A DNA stretch of 63,677 bases, the filler included, from Craspedostauros australis (Eukaryota), in the NCBI GenBank assembly GCA_030167865.1. It is 6 parts of 6 records of this genome, joined end to end, with 100 filler letters (N's around TTAATTAATTAA, not from the genome) between each part and the next. Parts side by side here need not be neighbours in the genome. Positions count along the whole stretch, not along the records: positions 29,913 to 61,823 come from JALAGF010002806.1; 5 more parts are not named here. The stretch is one strand, 5' to 3'. Position numbers and translations under genes: made by a program. Below the pieces are notes generated by a model. That model ran no database searches and had not been told where the DNA came from. It worked only from the letters and a program-made list of their open reading frames with translations. Positions 49,781 through 61,923 of this stretch are shown here, piece by piece (positions within the stretch are counted from its first letter, which is position 1; every line of letters starts with the position of its first letter).

Positions 49781-50160
49781 CATGTTGGGCGCAACGGAGC
49801 GACTGGAAGAGATGATGATGATGGCCACAAGGATCCAGAAACAATGGCGAGGTTTGAATGAACACCACACAAGATGTACCAAAGTAGCGGCCATCAGAGA
49901 AAGAAAATGCGAAATAGTTCTAAATACACAATCACCGATACTCCCAAAAAGACCAATACGAAACAAACCAGTCCCCCAAACGGAGTCCTGTTTCAGTCGT
50001 GCATTCCTGGTGGGTACACGATTGGGAAACGTCACAACGCTTCGTTTTCGTGAGCGGTTCAACCAGAAACTGTTCGAGGCCGACTTCGCTTCATCCCATT
50101 CATTCAGCTCCAATCACTTCCTCACTTCATTCGTTCGTTCACCATTCGGACAGCAGCACG

Positions 50161-51582
50161 ATGGCCGATGCCGATGAGCAGACCGAGCGGAATCAGCCAA
50201 CCAACGTCCAGGCCGACGCTGATGCTCGTGCTCATGCTGATGCAGCTCCAACCCAAGCAAACAGCGAGGGCAGCAGCATCGGGTATGGTGCCACGACGGG
50301 GCCAGGAATGGATGCCACCATCATCAGCGCCCCGCCAGGAACCTTGCGAACCACCAACGCCGCCGCGAACCTCACGAGACAATTCGGCCTGACGCAGATC
50401 CAGGCGTTGGAGGAGCAACTGCGTCAAACAGCGCAGAGCAAAGCCAAGGAGGACAAGGCGAACGATGAGCAGCAACGCGACCACCATCACCTGTCGTTGT
50501 CGTTCACATTCCTCGTAAGCGCGCAGTGGTCCTTCGTCATGCACTTGAAGAAGCTGCAACGCGAGCGCCGATCGGACATTGAGCTGGTGCGGGCCATGCG
50601 CCGCCTCTTCGCCGTCATCCCCGAATGCCACTTCCTCACGAGCATCTCCATCGACTGGCGCGTCCTCCATTTCCTGCACATGCTCGATGCCACCGTCAAG
50701 CTCGAGAAGGACATGTTCCGATCCCTCGCGCGTTTGCCCAACCTCCTCGATCTCGAGATCGTCGGCAAGCGCGTCAACACCAACACGCACGTCACGTGGC
50801 CGGCGGCATTGCAACCCCTCCACGACGCGCCCAAGCTGGAGCGCCTGCGCATCGATGAGCGCGGCTGTCTCAGCGTCAAGACTCTCGCGGCGTGGCAGTG
50901 TTTCGCCGATTGCATTCGCCGTTGCACGCATCTCAAGGACCTGTACATTGGAAATCTGCAGCTCACGTTGCAATCGCCGCACGATCCGCAACACAAACCG
51001 TTCGATGGCTTCTTCCGTGACAATCCAATGTCGCAGCTGGAGCATCTGTGCATCAAGCGCAACACGACGGCGCTGTCGTCGCGGTTGCAATCGTCCTTGA
51101 TCGGCGTCGACGCCTTTCGCGACTTTCTTGCCAGCCACACGAAATTGCGACAGCTGACGCTGCGCAACGTCGGATTGGACGATGATCATTGCCGGGCCTT
51201 GGTGGATTGCTGCCTCACGACGAAGCTGTGCCAGCTCAACCTGCGCGACAATCGCAACATCACGCACGTCGGCTGCCGTCATCTCGTGCGATTGGCCGAG
51301 ACGAACCGGTCGCTGTTGGATCTCGAGGTCGATCCAGTGCTCGGCAACAGCACGGCCCTGGCATCGTTGAGTATCCACATGTCCATGAACCGCGCGCAGT
51401 ACGATCAGATCCATCATGATTCCACCCTGCACCAATGGATGGACTACTTGCATCGCTTGCAGAGTCAACGTCCGCGTCAGTTTGTCGACATCGAATATGA
51501 TATTCCCTTGGCGTCCACCTATCTGTCGTTCCGCGAGAATCCGCAATTGTTTGAGCAGTGTCGGCGGTGCAATGGAATGTAA
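50161..51582 (+). CDS. Leucine-rich-repeat (RNI-like) protein
   Basis: ATG at 50161, 473 aa. Repeats LPNLLDLEI, KLERLRI, HLKDLYI, QLEHLCI, KLRQLTLRNVGLDDDHC, LCQLNLRDNRNITHVGC; C-terminal YLSFRENPQLF. Confidence 0.85.
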   Translation: MADADEQTERNQPTNVQADADARAHADAAPTQANSEGSSIGYGATTGPGMDATIISAPPGTLRTTNAAANLTRQFGLTQIQALEEQLRQTAQSKAKEDKANDEQQRDHHHLSLSFTFLVSAQWSFVMHLKKLQRERRSDIELVRAMRRLFAVIPECHFLTSISIDWRVLHFLHMLDATVKLEKDMFRSLARLPNLLDLEIVGKRVNTNTHVTWPAALQPLHDAPKLERLRIDERGCLSVKTLAAWQCFADCIRRCTHLKDLYIGNLQLTLQSPHDPQHKPFDGFFRDNPMSQLEHLCIKRNTTALSSRLQSSLIGVDAFRDFLASHTKLRQLTLRNVGLDDDHCRALVDCCLTTKLCQLNLRDNRNITHVGCRHLVRLAETNRSLLDLEVDPVLGNSTALASLSIHMSMNRAQYDQIHHDSTLHQWMDYLHRLQSQRPRQFVDIEYDIPLASTYLSFRENPQLFEQCRRCNGM

Positions 51583-51645
51583 GGCGTACATGGCGTGTTG
51601 TACATACAATACGTATGTTGATCTGAAGGTACAATAATAGTAATA

Positions 51646-54600
51646 CTATAATGAGCTCACGGAAGTCATGCCGTCTTTGGTGGGTTTGTTGGTCGCCGTC
51701 CACTTCTGCAGGATGCCACCGATCGTCTCGAACACCTCTTCAAATGGAAATGATACGGTCCCCTTGTGCGCAATTGTGCCAGACTTCGCGCGTTCTTGCT
51801 GCGCCAAACAACGTGCCTCCATCGTTTGTCGCTGCATCGTGTCGTACGCCATCTCCTTGTAACTCTGAAGACAGTCGCCGAACTCCGTCTTGGACGCCGC
51901 TTGCGACAAGTTCGATGCCATGGCATTGCGCAGGATGAATTCGATCGAATGCAGCAGTCGCTTTTGGATCAGTTCCTGTGCAGCCAAATGCTCCAATTGC
52001 ATGCGTTGCCATGCTGTGCGCGGTTGCTGCCGTCTCAGACGCAGCACGAGACCACCCTTGGGCAGCAGCTGAATCAGTTGCTTGACACGTCGGTGGTGCA
52101 TCCGTATGCTGTTGCGGAATTGGCGATCCAGCTGTTGTTTGGTGGAGATGGATTTGACGGGCTTCCTGGGTGGCACGGAAGTGTGATTTTTCTGCTGCTT
52201 TGGCGGTTGTCGTTGTGGAGACGCAGATGGTGACGACTGACGTTGTCGTTGCGGCTGTTGAGGTTTGGTTGGTGCCTTTTTGTCCGGTGTAACCACGGAA
52301 GATGGGAGTGCAGGATTTGGGATGCGGCGTGCCAAGATATCGTTTCCAGTTGCTGGTCGTGGTTTGCTGCATGCAGGGTTCTTCAATCCGCACAGAATCT
52401 CGGCAACGCCCACGCACTCCACAGACTGTTTCACTCGTTTGGGGGCTGGTGGCGCAGGCGACTTGCATGACGGCGACTGCGCGGGTGACGATGTGGTCCC
52501 AGCTTGTTTCTCTCGCAACCTCTTCTTGAGCTTGGTCTTCTTTGACAGTGACTTCGGAGGACTGCATGTTGGCGGTGGCGGTCTGTTGTGGACCTTGCAC
52601 TGGAGTTTGGGCTGAGGAGATGATGACGTTGACGACGAGGTGAGAGTCACCTTCTGAGTCTTGGGCTCCGGCTGCACCTTCTTCGGTACAGTCGACGCTG
52701 CGATCTGTATCTGTTTCTGCTTCTTCACCGTCGGCTTTGGAGGCGGTGGTGGTGGCTTCGATGGCTTGACTTGCGCTGACAGATTCTTAACGCTCCCCTC
52801 AACCCCAACCTTGTTCTTGGTCTTATTGATAATCTTGGAGGTATCCTTTGCCTTTCCGATCACCTTGCCGCTCGTCTTGACAACAGTTTTCTCAGTTGGT
52901 TGCATCTCTTTCTTCGCCTGCGCGGGGCGTGGTTTGACCTTGGTCGCATCGGAGGGCTTCTTGCTTGCGACAACAGCAATAACTGGAGTAGTAGCAGCAG
53001 CTGGAACAATCAGTTTGGACGTCGACACTGAAGTGGCTGGTGTCGATGTGCCGTTCTTGACGATCCTTTTCTTCTTTTTCTTCGGAACGGGACACGAAAC
53101 GAGATCCGTGATGGCTTGGGTCGTCTGTGTTGGCGGTGGCAGCGATGGACGTGTCAACTTCAAGTTAACATTCAACTTCGACAGCGATGCTGACGGCAGC
53201 ATCAACGATTGCGTCCGCGGCAACGCCGGTTTGGGCGTCGTCAATGATGGTATGGGTACTGACACCCCGTGGTGCGGCTTCGGCACAGACGGACGCTGTG
53301 CTGGAACTGTGCTGATCAGTGATTTGATCATCGGCATCGCGATAGTGGCACCGGCAACCGCTGCATTCGCAACCACAGGAGCTGGAATCGAAGGAACTGG
53401 CTTGCGTTGGATGGCACTTGGTGGTGCGGTAGCGACAGTTGCAACAGCGGGAGATGCTCTCTCATTAACCGACTGTTGCTTCGTTTGCACTTTCTGTCGT
53501 TGCTGCGTGTTGGTGGCTTCCGAAATGACTGGGTTGGACTTCTTCCATGGTGTCTGAGAGATCTTGTTGTTCTTTTGCTGCTTCAACGCCAACTTCATGG
53601 CCTTCCTTGCGATCATCTTCTCGGTACACTTGACGGTGGCGCAAGACATGTCAAGCTTCTTTGCTGCTGGTGCCTTCGCGGCAACGTTGTCACCGGCGCT
53701 GCGTTTTTGGAGGTACTTGACGATGTTCCCATCGTTGGGATCGTGTGGCATGTACGGCGACGTGGCTTCCTTGGAGCTTGGAGGTTCACCTATATTCTTT
53801 CCGTGATCAGGAGACACCTGCACGCTGGCCGCATTGATCACACGAGGCTTGGTCTGCACAGGGGAATCCGTCTGTTGATCCTGTTGATTATTCGCAGATG
53901 GAACAGGCGATCGTGCCACAAGCTGCGGTTTGATCTTGGATGGCTTCGTTGGTGATGGTGATGGCGTTGCTCTCGCCTCTGTCCTTGTCTTCGTTTGTCT
54001 TTGCCTTTGCGTCTGTGTTTGAGTCATTGCCCTCTTTTCCTTCTGAGCGATCTTCTTCGTCTCCTTCCCATCCGTTGGTGGTGGTGATGCCGATGAAGGC
54101 GATGGTAGAAGCGATGCGACCGCGAGCACTTGATTGGATTTCTTCTTCATTTTCTTCTTGGACAACATTGCCTTCTTCATGGCCACATTTGCGCCATTGC
54201 CACTGTTATCATCATCAAAGTTCAGCTTGACTGCCACGCTCTTGGTTTCCCTCTTCATCCTCTTCTTCGATGGCATACCAATCGTTGAAATGCGCGAAGG
54301 ATTAGAACCGTTGCGTTCAATGGTGTGAACGATAGAGCGCTTGACGGGCGACGGACTCTCAGCGAACAGCACATCTGGGTGCGCCGAATCATCATGCGGC
54401 GTGTGGTTGCGGGCCGTTGGCGTGGATTCGACCACGTTTGCATTGCTGACATTGGTGTTGATTGGAGAGATTTTGCTGCTGTTGGTGCTCTTGGAAGGTG
54501 TACTTGGGATCGGAGAATCGCGTGGCTGAGTTTTTCTCTTGTTCTGTTTGGTGTCGTTGGGACTGTGCGGGATCTTCAGTGCCTTGCTCTTGCTGGAGGT

Positions 54601-56850
54601 TTTGTTGATGCCCTTCTCCTTGATTGCGGACTTCGAGCTTGCCGCTTGAGTAGATTTGAGGGTCTTCGATTGCTTTCTCACCTTCAAGTCGACGGTGGAC
54701 GTCTCTGTCCCTGGTGGAGTTGGCGCATCGCGGGCTGCAGGTTTCTTCAGCTGGCTTGGTGTGCCAGACGAAAGCACAGCCATTGGGAGTTGGATCGGTT
54801 TCAATGGATTGGCGTTCCAATCCAACGGTCGAACGGCAATGTGGCCTTGTCCCGTGATGGGGTCGTACAAAGACACTGCGGCCGCCACAACATGACCCAT
54901 CATGTTGGACATGCAGACTTTGCGGTGGTACCCGTCGGAGGGTGGGGTTGGAATTCTGTCGCTGGTGAGGGTCTCCAGCTTCGGCAGGCCAGAGTTGCCG
55001 TCGGATGGCTTGGACGTGTATTGGACCATCGAACCCTACAGGATGACGAGGAGGCGATGGACAGCATTGGGCAAATAATGTGAAACATGAATTCGAAGGT
55101 GAGATATGCATCGATAGTTGGGGATTAGTTGCGATGGAATGATCAAAGCAACAATCAGCAACATCGACGGCCAACCATTCACTTACATTGTCGAGCTCCA
55201 ACAAGACGCGGCTGGGATCATTCGTCAGCGTTGCGACGCTCTTGACCAGCTTCAGGTCGCCTCGTTGCGCACGTCGTCGTGATCGAGATGAAGTGCCAGA
55301 GTCTGGCAGGGCCAATTCTGTGCGATTGTACTGTGCCTTGGGTTGATCCAATCGCACGATCGACATCTGGTTGAACATGCCGGCACCTCCGCAAACGCAA
55401 AAGGGACCTGTCAATCCCAATGCCGATTCCGTGTTGACGACGTCCACGTAGGGTGGCCGTTTGGGTCGAGCGGTAGGTTCGCTGTCATTGCGGTTGTTGC
55501 GCGCAATCTTGAGTTCGTTGCTGAGATCCCAAAGACGCAGCTTTTGCGTGTCGGATTGTGAGATTGCCCAGAACTGCGTTTTGTTGGCTCGCTTGTTGCC
55601 GTTGCTGTTGTCGCCACTGTTCTGCTGCTTGGCTGAAGGCGAAGAAGAATCCGAGGTACGTTTGCTCTGCCGGCCGCGTTTGTTGACGATGCGATCATTG
55701 CCCAGAAAGTCATGCGAGAATCCAAGGAGTCGGATCGTGTTGCCATTCGTTTGCGTGTCGTACAGTCGCTCCCATTGCGCTTCCACCTCGACGGCACCCG
55801 TGACTGGATGCTTGGTAGACGGCATGAAGGACCAGATGTGGATGTTCTTGATTGCCTTGCCGGTGAGGAGGAAGTACTTTCTCCTGGAACGCGTGGCTGC
55901 CGTCGTCGTCGTCGTCGTCGTGTTGGCTTGAGAAGAAGAAGAAGTAAACGATTGCGGTAGTTCGATGCAAGTGCATGCTCCGAATCCTTTCAGCTTGCCA
56001 TCGGCATGCTTCTCGACGGTGATGTAATCGAGAAGATGCTTGTTGGCAAGAGCCTCCTTACCATACCGCGCTGCCTTCTGCACCGCATCTTCCAATGCTC
56101 CGAGATGGATGGCATGCAATTCCATCGAACCCCGTTGCACGCCAGCAAAGCAGTACATGCCATCCGGTGATACTTCAATGTGGAGGAGAAGATCCGTGTG
56201 GACGCCGCGTGCGTGGATTTGGCTCGCGACTGCCCCGTACTTCGCAAAAGCCTTGGAAAGGACATACTGCGACGTCTTGGTGCGTCCTGATGGCAAGTCA
56301 CCCCATCCTTCCGTTTTCGAACTGTTGGTGCCCCTGGAGTTGCTGCTGTGTGGATCGCCATGATTACTACTATTGCCGTCGTCGTCCGAATCGCTGTCCA
56401 TATCGCCCACGAATCCAGATGCGTCGTGATCGTCGTCGAGTTCCGTCTCGTTGCTGTCCAATCCGTTGCCATCGGAGACACCGTCGCCATCGACGCTCCG
56501 CGATGCGTGGAATGTGCCGGTCAGATCAAAGATGCGAATGGTGCCATCGGAAAATCCCGCAACGACAAAGTGTCCGCTTGGTGTGATGCACAGCGATGTG
56601 CCTACGGATGGAATGGAATTGAATGAAGTGGAATGAGACGATGATGATGAGTGATCGGTGTTGCAGCTTGTGTCAAACTACAGCATCCGCCAACAGCGCA
56701 ACACAATCGCAAAGACAAGCACGTACATTCTTCGTTGATTGGGAAATTGAAATGGCCCTTCTTGAGACCATCCATGATGACATCGCGATGGGTCGCGATA
56801 TTGTTGCTGGCAATCGCGCTCGCGTCAACCTTCAGGGCCGGTGTGGACAT
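51646..56850 (-). CDS. Large protein (~1640 aa): N-terminal WD40 propeller, long K/P/S/T-rich disordered region, C-terminal helical domain
   Basis: Exons 56850-56727, 56601-55187 and 55035-51646 joined by GT-AG introns in compatible phase. Splicing gives EECTSLCITPSGHFVVAGFSDGTIRIFD. Further WD-like VSPDGMYCFAG, KNIHIWSF, QKLRLWDL. Confidence 0.85.
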
Positions 56851-57351
56851 GGCGCAAGCTGGTTGTTGGCGATAGCTTGGACGCAGCGATGCTATTGCTT
56901 TGCGTGGTGCTCACTGCGGCGACTGTGGAGTATACGAGGGCTCCTTGTGATGCGTTGCGTTCAATGAGATGGACGGTGCTTGGTTTAGTGTGAAGTGATG
57001 CGGAATGATGAAGAGTGGAGCAAAGTAAGCAAATGTGATGAAAAATGGGAGAGCAACAGTTTTCTGTGCATTCTGCACATGCACGCGGTTTGTGTGTTTT
57101 GAGCGATGTGATGTGTTGTGCGCGGCAAACCCATGATTTTGTGACGGAAATTTCTGGCGCGAAGTCTTGATCATTCACGCTCTATTCGTGATTCGGATTC
57201 ATCTGATTCGAAGTGGTCACATGACATCGTAGACTTCATCGGTGAAAACTCTCTACTGTTAGAGAGAGAAGAGTTGACCACATTCGAGGAGGATGGAATA
57301 ACGACGATACATACCATATGTACAAGAGTAACTTTCCCACGTTGTTTGCAA

Positions 57352-58551
57352 TCACCGGGCAGGTTCCTTTTGCGTGGCCGCGACGTTGTCCACCCTCGCG
57401 CCATTGCGGATCTCATGGACGTATTCATCCAGTATCGCGCTCAACACAGCATCCGTGGCTCGCACTTCATCGGCGAACTTCTGCATCTCGTCTCCCATCC
57501 ACTTGAGCTGCGCGTCGGTGTAGCCCGGCACGTACTTGTAAAACGCCTCCCTGCGCGCATTTTCCTTCTGCGAGACCTGATACCACAGACAGGCGATCTC
57601 GTCTTGCGAGGTCATGACGTCGTAGCCCGTCTCTTGAAATGGTTTCGTCATCCTCTTGATGAGTTCGGGACCGCGCGTGGCATCGAGCAGATGCTCGTAC
57701 GGCACGTAGACAGCGACGTCGTACACGTCCATCTTCCTCCACGTCATGATCAAGTTCTTCCATCCCTCAAAGTTGGACTGCATCCACTGGTCGCGCAACC
57801 CGCGCCACTGGTCTTCTCCCATCTGCCCGTTCTGCTTGTGATACGCGATGGCCTTGTCGAAGGACATGGCGGGAAAGGCCGTGAGGAAGTTGCGCAGCAC
57901 GACGATGACGTGCGAACTGAAATTCTCCGCCTGCCCTTCGGGACCCACCGCGGTGAGGGGATGTCCATTCGAACAGGCCGCCGTGTCGCTGTTGGAGGCG
58001 CGGCAGCGCTTCAGCTTTTTGTTGCGCATGCTTCTGTGGTAGTTCTTGGCGCCCGTGGCCAAGCCCGTGATGCCGTTGACGATGGGCATCAGGATGTCGC
58101 CGGCGTTCGTGGGACCCGACGAGCCGGAGTTGGGATACGATGGCATCCACAGGGGTTTGTTGATGCGCTCATTTTCGGGGCGCACGGGGGTCGCGAAGGC
58201 GATCGTGCAACCTTCCAGGTCTCGCGTCAGTTGGGTCTTCAGCGCGGCCTCGTTGCCGACATTGTTGCTGGTTGGTTGGGCCACCGCGTTGGGCGACGGC
58301 GTGGAGGTTGTCGCGGCTGCTGTGGATGTTGCAACGGGATCGAGCCTGGAGAAATGCACGGCGCCCACAGCGATCATGACCATGGCCACCAGGATCCCAG
58401 CGACCGCATTGACTGCGCGCGATCCCTTCCTTGCCTTCTTCGATGACGATCCCCGAGTTGGCGAGTTTCCCGCATCCAGAATGAGGATGCCGCCCAAGTC
58501 GGGACTCTCATCACCGGCAGCGGCATTGCGGTTGCGTCGCATCATGGCCAT
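57352..58551 (-). CDS. Type II membrane sulfotransferase-like protein (P-loop, WSCD-like)
   Basis: ATG at 58551. Basic N-tail, single TM (AVAGILVAMVMIAVGAV), T/P stem, then WMPSYPNSGS (5'-PSB-like), IVVLRNFLTAF (3'-PB-like), YVPYEHLLD. Confidence 0.7.
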   Translation of the reverse strand: MAMMRRNRNAAAGDESPDLGGILILDAGNSPTRGSSSKKARKGSRAVNAVAGILVAMVMIAVGAVHFSRLDPVATSTAAATTSTPSPNAVAQPTSNNVGNEAALKTQLTRDLEGCTIAFATPVRPENERINKPLWMPSYPNSGSSGPTNAGDILMPIVNGITGLATGAKNYHRSMRNKKLKRCRASNSDTAACSNGHPLTAVGPEGQAENFSSHVIVVLRNFLTAFPAMSFDKAIAYHKQNGQMGEDQWRGLRDQWMQSNFEGWKNLIMTWRKMDVYDVAVYVPYEHLLDATRGPELIKRMTKPFQETGYDVMTSQDEIACLWYQVSQKENARREAFYKYVPGYTDAQLKWMGDEMQKFADEVRATDAVLSAILDEYVHEIRNGARVDNVAATQKEPAR

Positions 58552-59031
58552 GGTTGCTGCGTTTGCAAGGAAGGAGCAGAGGCAAGGCAGGATAGCTATC
58601 TTTTGTTTTATATTATTTGCAGAACCTGATGTGGAGAGTGTGGTATGGAGAGGATGCAGAGAAGACGAGGTTGGCAACAACGATGACCCTCTTGGAGGCA
58701 AACGAGAAAGCAACCAACAATGATGCGTTGGATCGTGTCTTGAGAACCGTTTCATTTGTTCGTTCGATTGTCGTATCGGACGAATAACTGTTCGAAAGGC
58801 GAGCACCTATCTTGTTCGCATTCGTGCACATCAACCACAGAGGAGACTTCAGTCCACAAACTGCGAGGTATCGACAGAATTCATTCGGCAGCGATCACAA
58901 CTACTCTACACTGCAGAGCACGTCCGAGCAGGGCAGAGGACCACGTCAAATATGATTGTAGATATGATGGAATGGAATAGAATGCACTCTGGAGTACCTA
59001 TTTTGACCGCATCTCATGATACGTGTCTACT

Positions 59032-59961
59032 CTACATCTCCTCGCTGCACTCGTACATCGATTGAAGCCACGATGCCACGATGTTCTCGTTCCATTTGTC
59101 AGACAGCGACGTGCGTGGATGATACTCGGCCAACGACATGCCGACGTCGCGTCCATGATGCAGGTACAGCAACGAGGACCCGCGCGATGGCACTCCGAAT
59201 CGCCGCACAAGATTCGGAGCATGCCTGGCAGAGACAGCGACATCGGGAAACCGATGGCACAGGCTTTGCACGTGCGTGTCCAGAATGCGGCAATCCAAGG
59301 CGTCGTCATCGAAGATGTGCACGACGACGTGCCTCAGGAATGCGAAGTTCTCTTCGTCGACGGTGGCGTACCTGCGCAGGCCGGACGATGTCATCATGGA
59401 GCGTCGGTCGGCAACGTGTCGGCGCGTGCCGCTCAACTTTTGCGCGGTGATGCAGTCCATCGCGTCTGGTTGGATGTCCAAGCGGCACGATCGCCTGTGG
59501 TGGGGATCGAAATCATGTTCGCAGCGTGTGCTGCCGTCACGGAATGGAACTTCGCATTGGTACGGATCGATGACGTCCAGCACAATCTTTGATTGTTGCT
59601 GGTCGTCGCTCTCGCATCTGCTTTCGGCATCTTCTTCCATTTCTGACAGCCGCTGCTCGGCGATGATCCTGCGGTGGCGCTCTCGGATCTTCTCGATAAT
59701 GTTGGATGGACATGGAGATGATGGACGTGGAATCTGCGCATTATCATCATCTGAGCATGAATGAGATGAGGAATAGCAGCATGTCGGCGTTGACGTGGAG
59801 CTGTCGTCGTCGGAGGTGCAGCGATTGGCATCGGCGGTGCTTCCCTTCGCGTTTTTGCGCTTGCTGCTGTCCTTCCCGCTCTTCATGCTCTTTCGGATGG
59901 ACTTCCCAACGCCGATGATCTGGTGGACGATGGAATTCGGTTGGTACTGTTGTCGGGTCAT
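59032..59961 (-). CDS. Protein with C-terminal phosducin/thioredoxin-like domain
   Basis: 309-aa ORF. IEKIRERHRRIIAEQRL helix, then VVVHIFDDDALDCRILDTHVQSLCHRFP...APNLVRRFGV, resembling phosducin-like/TXNDC9 VVxHF...CxxxDxHLxxL...APxLVxR. Confidence 0.65.
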   Translation of the reverse strand: MTRQQYQPNSIVHQIIGVGKSIRKSMKSGKDSSKRKNAKGSTADANRCTSDDDSSTSTPTCCYSSSHSCSDDDNAQIPRPSSPCPSNIIEKIRERHRRIIAEQRLSEMEEDAESRCESDDQQQSKIVLDVIDPYQCEVPFRDGSTRCEHDFDPHHRRSCRLDIQPDAMDCITAQKLSGTRRHVADRRSMMTSSGLRRYATVDEENFAFLRHVVVHIFDDDALDCRILDTHVQSLCHRFPDVAVSARHAPNLVRRFGVPSRGSSLLYLHHGRDVGMSLAEYHPRTSLSDKWNENIVASWLQSMYECSEEM

Positions 59962-61218
59962 GTTTTGAGTTGCTTTGTTGATCTCCAGTTGGCTTGGTTT
60001 GGAATAAGAGGAGTCTGTTCCGCTCTGCTCTGTTCAATTTTATGGGATGGTGGTGGCGGTGATGGTGTTTGGCTTTTCGTGGTTGTTGAATTGTGAGCTC
60101 TTCCTGTGTGTTTGCTTCCGCAGAGGCCTGCTTGGCCCTCCGCGTCCTTTCCTGCAACTGGTGTTTGCGGCATCTGCAGGCGGAAGGGACGACTCCAAAA
60201 CTCGCTCCATAAATCACAACGCGAAGGAAACAGAGAGACACATGCAGACATGTCGGAAATGCGTGAAACAGAGAGACACAAACAAACATGGCGTGCCAAA
60301 TCGGCAACGCTCTGCGGGGTGAGAACAGCCGCAGAGGACCAACAACTCTTGATAAAGTGATCGCCTTCATGTTCGTTGCGTGTGCTGATCCCCCGATTCG
60401 TCTCCGAACCTGAAATAACACATCCATCTCGGAACCCTGATGCACACGAAGGCACAATTTACAATTGCAAACTACGATTGCACAAGTGCCACCGGGTAAA
60501 CTGGTCGTATTTTCGTCTCTTCACAAAATGCTGGGGTGGCGCTTTCTGTGATTGCAAACCCCATCGAACAGGATGGCGGCATTTGCTTGGCTGGGTGATC
60601 CAAATCGTGAAACACGATGAAGTAGGCGCAACGAATACATGCACATGTCGGAATAAGTTACACCCGAGCAGATCAGCAAGCATGAGGCATGTGCAAACTT
60701 CCAGGCGACGGCAAAGATCCTTCAGCGCTCATGACAGCCGGACGTGCCCACACTGCTGCTTCTGAAGAAAAGTCAGGATCCAATCTCCAACTTCACCTCC
60801 GAGAATAGTCGATGGGAACAAGAGGAAGCCACCTCCAGAATCATCGAGGCAGAATGGGAGCGAGGCTCTTTCTCCTGTGCATGATGATGTCTTCTTTCAT
60901 GACGCCTTACACGTAGCGACGACGGTCGTGGCGCGAAGGCTCACCTAAACATAAAGTATGCTGCGGATGTTGAAACCAGCACGGCGCTCATGGTTGTCTC
61001 TTTTAATGCTTTCAAATGCTGTATACTATTGCATTATGTAACATGTAGTTGACTTGACTTGAGTTGAACCATTCGTTCTGAACATGGATTGCATCCGTGC
61101 TGTCTTGCCACTGCGGAAGATGCGACCGTCTGATCATGCGCGTAGATGTGGACACATGCTGATATTCGTACTCCCACTCCTGTTCACACCCTGAGATTGC
61201 AGTCTGCCATTTCATTTT

Positions 61219-61821
61219 TCAAGAGCATGCATCGTCATTTCGTCCAGGGCAGTCGTTGGATGGGCTGTCGATGGTGTAGGTCTGGCCAGAAGGGCCACTG
61301 CACATGTCTGTTGCCACGCAATCCTTGCAGCTGTTTGCAGGCGCGCAGGTGTTGGCCGTGATGACCAGATCATCAACCGCCGAGTTGGCGTTGGCAACAC
61401 CATTGCAGCTGTCTCGTGACAAGCATGCACCACTGCCGATGGTGATACTGCCAATAGTCTTGCCCAGGCCAGCGTGGACATTCTGACACGAGCGTTGTCC
61501 CTGACAAGCGTTTTTCCCCACGTCGATGTTGGCAAGCGTCGGTGTGGCGATACTGGTAGACTGGGCAGCACGGATTCCAAGGTCTTTGCAGCCGTCCACA
61601 CCGTTGCATCCTCCGCCTTGGATCCGGATGTTGCCGTAGATGTTCTGCCCAAGGTTCTCGCAGCTGTTTGTGCTGGTGCATGCGGCTGGCCCGATGATCT
61701 GGTAGCCAATGATGGCTGTGGCGCCAGGAGGGTTGGAAAAAGATCGAAGATTCTTGCAGGAACTCGGTCCCAGACAACTGCCAAGGATGATGGTATCCTT
61801 TGAAACCCCTTCACAGGAATT
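61219..61821 (-). CDS. 3' part of a Cys-rich repeat protein (CxxxxSC repeats), 5' end lost at contig edge
   Basis: Frame open from the contig end to stop at 61219 (200 aa). Six repeats: ILGSCLGPSSC, IGPAACTSTNSC, IQGGGCNGVDGC, VGKNACQGQRSC, IGSGACLSRDSC, ITANTCAPANSC. Confidence 0.78.
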   Translation of the reverse strand, partial: NSCEGVSKDTIILGSCLGPSSCKNLRSFSNPPGATAIIGYQIIGPAACTSTNSCENLGQNIYGNIRIQGGGCNGVDGCKDLGIRAAQSTSIATPTLANIDVGKNACQGQRSCQNVHAGLGKTIGSITIGSGACLSRDSCNGVANANSAVDDLVITANTCAPANSCKDCVATDMCSGPSGQTYTIDSPSNDCPGRNDDACS

Positions 61822-61823
61822 AT

Positions 61824-61923
61824 NNNNNNNNNNNNNNNNNNNNNNNNNNNNNNNNNNNNNNNNNNNNTTAATTAATTAANNNNNNNNNNNNNNNNNNNNN
61901 NNNNNNNNNNNNNNNNNNNNNNN
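61824..61923. other. Artificial contig linker
   Basis: 44 N + TTAATTAATTAA (61868-61879) + 44 N. Confidence 0.97.

Noticed and set aside
46642..58446. Long overlapping ORFs (46642-47904 +, 47393-48565 -, 50122-51609 -, 57274-58446 +)
   Set aside because: Shadow or antisense frames of GC-rich genes that have clear motifs in another frame; they carry no domain features of their own.
19029..61923. Five identical TTAATTAATTAA palindromes in N runs, resembling a regularly spaced motif or piggyBac TTAA sites
   Set aside because: Each is exactly 44 N + 12 nt + 44 N with stops in six frames: a synthetic contig spacer, not biology.
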